A stretch of 64,000 nucleotides of DNA from a virus. Both the position numbers and the translations under genes were made by a program. The stretch's first letter is position 1. Every line of letters starts with the position of its first letter. Positions 59,801 through 64,000 of this stretch are shown here, in pieces. The stretch is from positions 4,038 to 68,037 of the IMG/VR virus record IMGVR_UViG_3300007960_000002. One strand, given 5' to 3'. A model generated the notes under the pieces. That model saw only the letters and a program-made list of their open reading frames with translations, was not told the DNA's origin and did not search any database.

Positions 59801-60396
59801 TAAACCCATTCTCCACCTTGATTTGAATTAATTTGTAACACTTTACCATTTTTATAATCTTTAAATGCTGTCCATCCTTCTTCTGTTAAAACTTCAGCAT
59901 CTGGAAGGAAACACTCCCCCTCTGTAATAATGACCGTAGTTCCGCCTTTTATTTTATCCTGTCCAAACAGTCCATATGTAGTGGTGTCACCAATCTTATA
60001 AAAACGCTTAGTATCACATTCTCTAATCTTATAACCTACCACCTGACCATTATGTATATTAGGATAGTAATGTTTTTCTACTTCTCCCGTTGTAGGGTGG
60101 TAACTAACTTTAATACCAAAATTACTACAGGCTTCTCTTGATAAACCCCGATCACTAATTGCTTTAACAGGGAGTGATTTTACATCATTCATACTTACTC
60201 TATTATTCACATTAACCTCATAATTAATTGAATGGTCTTGGGATAATTGTTTATATTTCTTATTATCATCACACTCCCCAAAACAATAACCCGTGATAGT
60301 TCCATCTTTATTTTCATACACAGCTAATCTAGTAGATTTATCATGAGTAGAACAATCTGGGCATGGGATGTTCTTTATGTGTTTACTTTCAGCCAT
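56848..60396 (-). CDS. T7 gp4-like primase-helicase precursor with two inteins (mature about 568 aa)
   Basis: N-terminal Zn ribbon CPDC..CFGEC, TOPRIM TEGE/CD and FDQD, Walker A AG/SGLGKS, ILDHL, LRGSQSIAQLSD, KNRYAG. Confidence 0.95.
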   Translation of the reverse strand: MAESKHIKNIPCPDCSTHDKSTRLAVYENKDGTITGYCFGECDDNKKYKQLSQDHSINYEVNVNNRVSMNDVKSLPVKAISDRGLSREACSNFGIKVSYHPTTGEVEKHYYPNIHNGQVVGYKIRECDTKRFYKIGDTTTYGLFGQDKIKGGTTVIITEGECFLPDAEVLTEEGWTAFKDYKNGKVLQINSNQGGEWVYPDFKVEKDFNGDLVQYKSGSWESITTPDHNLVRINKNNGNLIKQKARDDSNKHFNIPRVLYSLEDNNRCDLSDMEIRAMVMFSADWSYSLTQGGPRASFKKDRKRERAEWILSNLNLEYSKNTRNDGYVDYRVFKTNDISRIWAKEFDHSLIYKFNSSQISTFLWEAVNWDGNYVQGKKQLEYSSKLYNNAKFVQTLAHLNGWVSTIIPRSNQYGSWYKVSILLNKTSSAAQRGYKTIPYNGKVYCLTVPSGMLLVRQKGSISISGNCDAAAAWMMMTKQNGDRYNVVSLPDGANVRAIKDQYEWLDKFKTIILAFDQDRPGKKAAREIAELFNPGQVKIANFSEKDPNDMLQNKKLKEFKQSIFNAKEFHPDGIFKTKDLRGLLDKNKHIKSHPFPWNGWNDKLYGFREREIVTLTAGCVDADTEFLSNDGWKKISNYKENYDMVLQYHKDGSTSFVYPQRYIKKPTNYLWHIKTKYGVDQVLSDEHRVIYKTENSNVLREKILREIREIHDSQTTGFRGKILTTFEAPLNNGTGLTEEQLRVQVMFQADGCIQKNIGRVNLKKGRKIKRAHKLLTEANIKYKVQQRGDYSDFYFKPPFLKKTYSKYWYRICTKRELEVICEECLQWDGDQKSVFFSTIEEDAKFIQYAFSAIGKRATLLTIPRHEKGHTEYNVYTTEVTNVSFRKTSTSSPTFKKYKTIDGFKYCFTVPSGMLVLRRGKNIFITGNSGLGKSAVTRELSHWIHKTTDDNIGVLALEESPDKTMWGMMSIEANKPLMILEERYKAEQKDPINWNKLVDKWWENTHGTGRIAIYDHFGSTSEDNLLNRVRYLIKALDCKWIILDHLSIVVSAQDSGDERKTIDSIMTKLRTLTEETGAGLFLVSHLRRTEGDKGHERGKEVTLSHLRGSQSIAQLSDAVIGLERDQQAPTDKLANLTTVRVLKNRYAGLTGIACYLAYEKDTGRLTEIPLNKYEEYLVEDEDF
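57616..58542 (-). mobile_element. Intein 2 (309 aa) in the helicase Walker A motif
   Basis: G|CVDADTEFL...EHRV...YCFTVPSG...ITGN|S. Confidence 0.9.
58999..59913 (-). mobile_element. Intein 1 (305 aa) in the primase TOPRIM motif
   Basis: E|CFLPDAEVLT...TPDH...VYCLTVPSG...ISGN|C. Confidence 0.9.
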
Positions 60397-60565
60397 CTTC
60401 TTTCATTTCTGCTAGCACACGTTCTGTTTTAAGAAAGTCATCTTTATTTAAGACTCTTAGTGCAAAATCTCTATACTGATCTCCATACATATTATTTTCA
60501 CCAGCAATAATTAATAATGCTGCTTCATATAAGCCAAGTAGTCTAGCCATTTCAAGTTGATTCAT
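60389..60565 (-). CDS. Small hypothetical protein (ends ERVLAEMKEDG)
   Basis: 58-aa ORF found manually; overlaps the primase start. Confidence 0.5.
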   Translation of the reverse strand: MNQLEMARLLGLYEAALLIIAGENNMYGDQYRDFALRVLNKDDFLKTERVLAEMKEDG

Positions 60566-60773
60566 ATAATTTCCACCTTAGTACAGTTTCAAGGTCTTGC
60601 CTTCGTATAAATATATCCCAAGCTTCTTCAAATGTTTTACAATCTTTTACCTCACGCCAATCAACTTTTGTGTCCGCCAAAAATCCTTGAATGTGGTTAT
60701 CAACAAATGGGTATGTTTTTTCACTTAAAACATAATCCTCAAACCACCTTTTATACCATTCTAGAGTAGTCAT
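60552..60773 (-). CDS. Hypothetical protein
   Basis: Coupled ORF. Confidence 0.55.
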   Translation of the reverse strand: MTTLEWYKRWFEDYVLSEKTYPFVDNHIQGFLADTKVDWREVKDCKTFEEAWDIFIRRQDLETVLRWKLYEST

Positions 60774-61081
60774 TTTGCTAATTCTTCTAACACTCTCTGT
60801 TGTTGAAAGAAGGTTTCCTCTTCTTCATTTAATTCTATTTCTACTTCCGATAATTCATATTTTTTTATATATATTTTACCTCCTATCACTTTCTTAGCTC
60901 TATCAACTGCCGTATGTTTTTTATATGAACCATTAAGATTTTTATATCTACGTAATTTTAAAATAGATTCACACCATCTTCTTTCAGATTTATACATCGT
61001 CCATATTTTATTTAAAGAAGTTTTTTTATTACCAATAGGCAAATCATCAGCCATTAATCTATATAAATATTTTTTATTCAT
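60770..61081 (-). CDS. Hypothetical protein (ends QRVLEELAK)
   Basis: Coupled ORF. Confidence 0.55.
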   Translation of the reverse strand: MNKKYLYRLMADDLPIGNKKTSLNKIWTMYKSERRWCESILKLRRYKNLNGSYKKHTAVDRAKKVIGGKIYIKKYELSEVEIELNEEEETFFQQQRVLEELAK

Positions 61082-61131
61082 TTCTGTAATTCATCTAATA
61101 TAGATAGATACTACCTTTCAAAATGTCCATT

Positions 61132-61911
61132 TTATATACACTCTCTGAGGAGATAATCTACAGAAAGCTCCAAAGGACTAAACCAACCACTACCATCTAC
61201 TTCATTTAATTGGATGGCTCCCCTCCAATGAGGATTGCCCTGTGGTCCCATATACTCTAAGTTTTCTTGGTAAAAACTACCTGCTATAAGACCTCTTAAT
61301 ACCTTACCATTAGGTAGGTACCGAGGACTAGCAGTTCTTAATCCTTGCTTATGTCCCTGCACAAAAGAGAAACCTAATTTTGATAATTGTAAATCAATAT
61401 TAGAAGAGAAAGGCATCTTCTTAGCACTATCAGGATTAACCCAATAGTGAGAAAAATATATACCTTCTATTTCTACAGGCTCTAAATAACCATATACTTC
61501 AAAACCCATTTGGAAAAGCATTAAATCGTTATACGACAGTTTCCCATTTAAATAAGGATATGCTTGAATATGACGTTTAATTCGTTCTTCATGATTACCC
61601 AATAAAAATACTTTACGTGGGGTATATTGTCTCTTTTTCTGTTCTCTGCTTTTATTCTGGTCCATTTGAATTGGTAATAGTAACCTTTGCATAGCTTTAA
61701 TGCCAGCTAAAATATCATCTTGATATCTAGTTCCCTCATTAGCTAATCTACCTTGATCATAACTACTAAGGCTTTTCATATCCCAATGATCACCAAGGTG
61801 AACAATAATATCTGGTTTATGTTTAACAGCATAATTACCTAATGCTTCTAAATGATCTGTATTAGAATCAGGAGTAACTTGTGTATCTGGAATTATTAAG
61901 ATTTTCTTCAT
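61132..61911 (-). CDS. Calcineurin-like metallophosphoesterase
   Basis: IPDTQ, HLGDHWD, LGNHE, SHY, QGH. Confidence 0.85.
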   Translation of the reverse strand: MKKILIIPDTQVTPDSNTDHLEALGNYAVKHKPDIIVHLGDHWDMKSLSSYDQGRLANEGTRYQDDILAGIKAMQRLLLPIQMDQNKSREQKKRQYTPRKVFLLGNHEERIKRHIQAYPYLNGKLSYNDLMLFQMGFEVYGYLEPVEIEGIYFSHYWVNPDSAKKMPFSSNIDLQLSKLGFSFVQGHKQGLRTASPRYLPNGKVLRGLIAGSFYQENLEYMGPQGNPHWRGAIQLNEVDGSGWFSPLELSVDYLLRECI

Positions 61912-62182
61912 ACTTTAATACCTTTATGTAATCTTCAAGAGAAAGGGATAATAAACACTCATTCCATGTTTTCTTAAACCTAAGCCAATCTTTTCCTTCA
62001 AAGTTGGACTTACCTTTAAATTTAAATACTATAAATTCAAATATCCTTTCATGCACATTAAATATGGGATCAAAATATATATTTCTAATGTGACCTGCAG
62101 TTCCAACGCCTTGACCAGCAGGTGAATAGAAAAACTGCCATTCTAAATCTCTAATTAAATCACCCGGTTTTCTTTCTTTCAT
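61868..62182 (-). CDS. Hypothetical protein (LSLEDYIKV motif)
   Basis: Coupled ORF. Confidence 0.5.
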   Translation of the reverse strand: MKERKPGDLIRDLEWQFFYSPAGQGVGTAGHIRNIYFDPIFNVHERIFEFIVFKFKGKSNFEGKDWLRFKKTWNECLLSLSLEDYIKVLKYEENLNNSRYTSYS

Positions 62183-62534
62183 TTTGTGATTTTATTTTAT
62201 GACAGTCAATACATAATACTTGATATGATGTTGGGTCTTCTGGTGTAAGTCTTTTTAACCAATCAACTAAATCCTCTTCACATTTTAAACTACCAACTGG
62301 TATAATATGGTCTACCTGTACTTCTGTAGACTTAAACCAATTCTTACAATGATTACATTGAAATTCCCACTTTTGCCTTTTGTTCTTTCCTTTATATATC
62401 CTCCTAGCAGATAATTTAGCTTTTTGCATTGGCTTCCAATATCTAAAAGCTCTCCTTAAAAAGCTTCTAACTTGTTGCCAATATCTTGCCTCTGTCCATT
62501 GATTGTCGTTTCTCGTCTTTTTTACTTTACTCAT
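62160..62534 (-). CDS. HNH endonuclease
   Basis: CNHC, QVDHIIPVG, QVLCIDCH. Confidence 0.85.
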   Translation of the reverse strand: MSKVKKTRNDNQWTEARYWQQVRSFLRRAFRYWKPMQKAKLSARRIYKGKNKRQKWEFQCNHCKNWFKSTEVQVDHIIPVGSLKCEEDLVDWLKRLTPEDPTSYQVLCIDCHKIKSQNERKKTG

Positions 62535-62683
62535 AAAATAAAGGAATAATAAATTTTACTATAAGAACATATAGGGATAATGTTGTTACAATGCCAATTG
62601 TAAAGCTAATTAAAAACTTAATTACAGTTTCCATTATCCTTTCCTTTGATATTTATCATCATAAATTTTAGATGGGATCAGGT

Positions 62684-62866
62684 TTAGTCATAAATAACTC
62701 CTTCAGTTCCACAAAGAGGACAATCTTCATGATCACCTGAATAAACTAAATAACCATACCCATTACATTCAGGGCACACTTCAGGTTCTAATAGTTCTTC
62801 TTCATGAATATGCCCTTTATCAAAATAACTATCATCAACGTGTGGATTCATCTTTCGTACTTTCAT
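62684..62866 (-). CDS. Small Zn-finger protein
   Basis: CPECNGYG and CPLCGTEG. Confidence 0.55.
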   Translation of the reverse strand: MKVRKMNPHVDDSYFDKGHIHEEELLEPEVCPECNGYGYLVYSGDHEDCPLCGTEGVIYD

Positions 62867-63074
62867 CTTCTTTAATTAATTTAATGTAGTCTTCTAAATC
62901 TAATGTACTAAGGAATTGATTGAACCAATAATCCGTTTTCCCTTGATCTTTAATATCTTCTGCCCAAGGTATTTCAGGCTCCATATACCAACATTCTAAT
63001 ATATTAGGGAGGCTTTCATTCCGGTGTTGAATGAAATCATTCCATTCTCTATATAGGAAGTCTAAATGTGTCAT
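62835..63074 (-). CDS. Hypothetical protein (LDLEDYIKL motif)
   Basis: Coupled ORF. Confidence 0.5.
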   Translation of the reverse strand: MTHLDFLYREWNDFIQHRNESLPNILECWYMEPEIPWAEDIKDQGKTDYWFNQFLSTLDLEDYIKLIKEDESTKDESTR

Positions 63075-63912
63075 TCCAATCTCTCTTCATATATAAACAC
63101 ACACCTAATTCATATACAATGCTTTCAATATCTTCTTCTAAATAATATGGCTCATAACATGAACATACCCACCAATACATGTCAAGTTCATCATCAAATT
63201 CATCTATTTTTTCTACTAAACTCTTTTTAAGATTTTTTCCTGTTAAATGTTTATATCCAGGAATGTTATCAATAATATCACCTGTTAACATTTGTTTATA
63301 CAAGCTCCGATTCCCTTCGACAACATCAATCTCAAAAAGTTCCCCTGACTTTGAATATTTCTCATGATTTTTTGTATCCATGTTAAGATGAATTCCAGGA
63401 ACTTGTAATAAGTCTTTGTCTTGTGAGACAATTACTGGTTTCCATCCTTCATGACGTTTTAAATATATAGTATTATAAATGGCTAATAAATCATCTGCTT
63501 CAAGATTGTATTCTTTGAAATATACATATGAATAATTAGATAATAGAAAGTTTTTAATAGAGTCAAAATGAAATGGTCTTATAAAATTCTCTCTATTACC
63601 TTTATACTTTATGAAGGTAGTTGAGTTATTACGGAAGTTATTATTACTACTAAAACAGAATAGTAAATCATCAGCTTTAGTTTGATGTTTAATTTGCTTG
63701 AGAAAAGCTCTCGTATTAGCCAAGGCCCTAGAAAGAGAGAAAGGATACACACTAGGTATAATAACCAAATCATCTTTGTCTTTTATCCACTCTGTTGCTT
63801 GTTTCTTATATTGAAAGGATGCTAACCATCCATCCCCTTCTTCCCCTATTACATATACTTCATGACTAGTACGTTGGGCACCAAACCCAACTTTGTATAA
63901 TATCTCAGTCAT
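63049..63912 (-). CDS. 5'-3' exonuclease (T7 gp6/FEN-like) lacking its first catalytic motif in this frame
   Basis: NNFR, YKGNR, LEADD, SQDKDL.QVPG, GDIIDNIPG. Confidence 0.85.
   Translation of the reverse strand: MTEILYKVGFGAQRTSHEVYVIGEEGDGWLASFQYKKQATEWIKDKDDLVIIPSVYPFSLSRALANTRAFLKQIKHQTKADDLLFCFSSNNNFRNNSTTFIKYKGNRENFIRPFHFDSIKNFLLSNYSYVYFKEYNLEADDLLAIYNTIYLKRHEGWKPVIVSQDKDLLQVPGIHLNMDTKNHEKYSKSGELFEIDVVEGNRSLYKQMLTGDIIDNIPGYKHLTGKNLKKSLVEKIDEFDDELDMYWWVCSCYEPYYLEEDIESIVYELGVCLYMKRDWNDTFRLPI
63316..63343 (-). promoter_or_regulatory. Candidate intragenic ECF/sigmaE-type promoter
   Basis: GGAACTT-TTTGAGATTGATGTTG-TCGAA shares the extended TTTT...TGTTGTC pattern with the intergenic copies. 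Confidence 0.55.
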
Positions 63913-63995
63913 TCATCCCCATCTATTAATGCTAGCGTCTTTGATTGTCGCTGTCTAGGTTTAGATTTTACAGATCTGGTGAGATTTTTGACCAT
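63909..63995 (-). CDS. 28-aa ORF carrying the exonuclease N-terminal motif LALIDGD
   Basis: MVKNLTRSVKSKPRQRQSKTLALIDGDE*; its stop overlaps the ATG at 63912. Confidence 0.6.
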   Translation of the reverse strand: MVKNLTRSVKSKPRQRQSKTLALIDGDE

Positions 63996-64000
63996 TAAAA

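Noticed and set aside
143-63367. Many short antisense or nested ORFs in the track (e.g. 5826-6287, 11174-11440, 39101-39409, 43282-43824, 50548-50843)
   Set aside because: They lie opposite or inside well-supported genes and have no motifs or RBS.
63388-63423. Plus-strand GGAACTT near 63398 as another ECF promoter
   Set aside because: Spacer to the TCTTG-like element is 14 nt and the orientation is antisense.
1-64000. Stop-codon reassignment
   Set aside because: Long genes are intact in the standard code, all three stop codons are used as terminators, and no suppressor tRNA is present.

Overview
AT-rich lytic podovirus-like dsDNA phage genome, probably most of a circularly permuted genome of a gammaproteobacterial phage. 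A leftward arm (1-12.6 kb and 47.6-64 kb) carries T7-like replication and nucleotide-metabolism genes. These include a split family-A DNA polymerase, a primase-helicase with two inteins, a 5'-3' exonuclease with a broken N-terminus, ThyX, MazG, and a class II ribonucleotide reductase interrupted by two group I introns with homing endonucleases. The arm also holds a MoxR-AAA/VWA-peptidase module, tRNA-Arg and many small ORFs. A rightward arm (14.6-47.6 kb) carries lysis, packaging, N4-gp56-like capsid, tail fibre and ejection-protein genes plus a CAT-anticodon tRNA. No phage RNA polymerase or sigma factor is visible in the window. The main observations, all by eye, are: (i) a 2-kb divergent control region with a consensus sigma54 promoter, three TGT-N11-ACA enhancer-like sites and tandem NrdR boxes, upstream of a ~500-nt highly structured candidate ncRNA; (ii) seven ECF/sigmaE-type promoters (GGAACTT-N16-TCnAA) across the genome; (iii) CsrA-type ANGGAN hairpins; (iv) two families of short C-terminal helical tags shared by many unrelated small proteins. 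No database searches were run.
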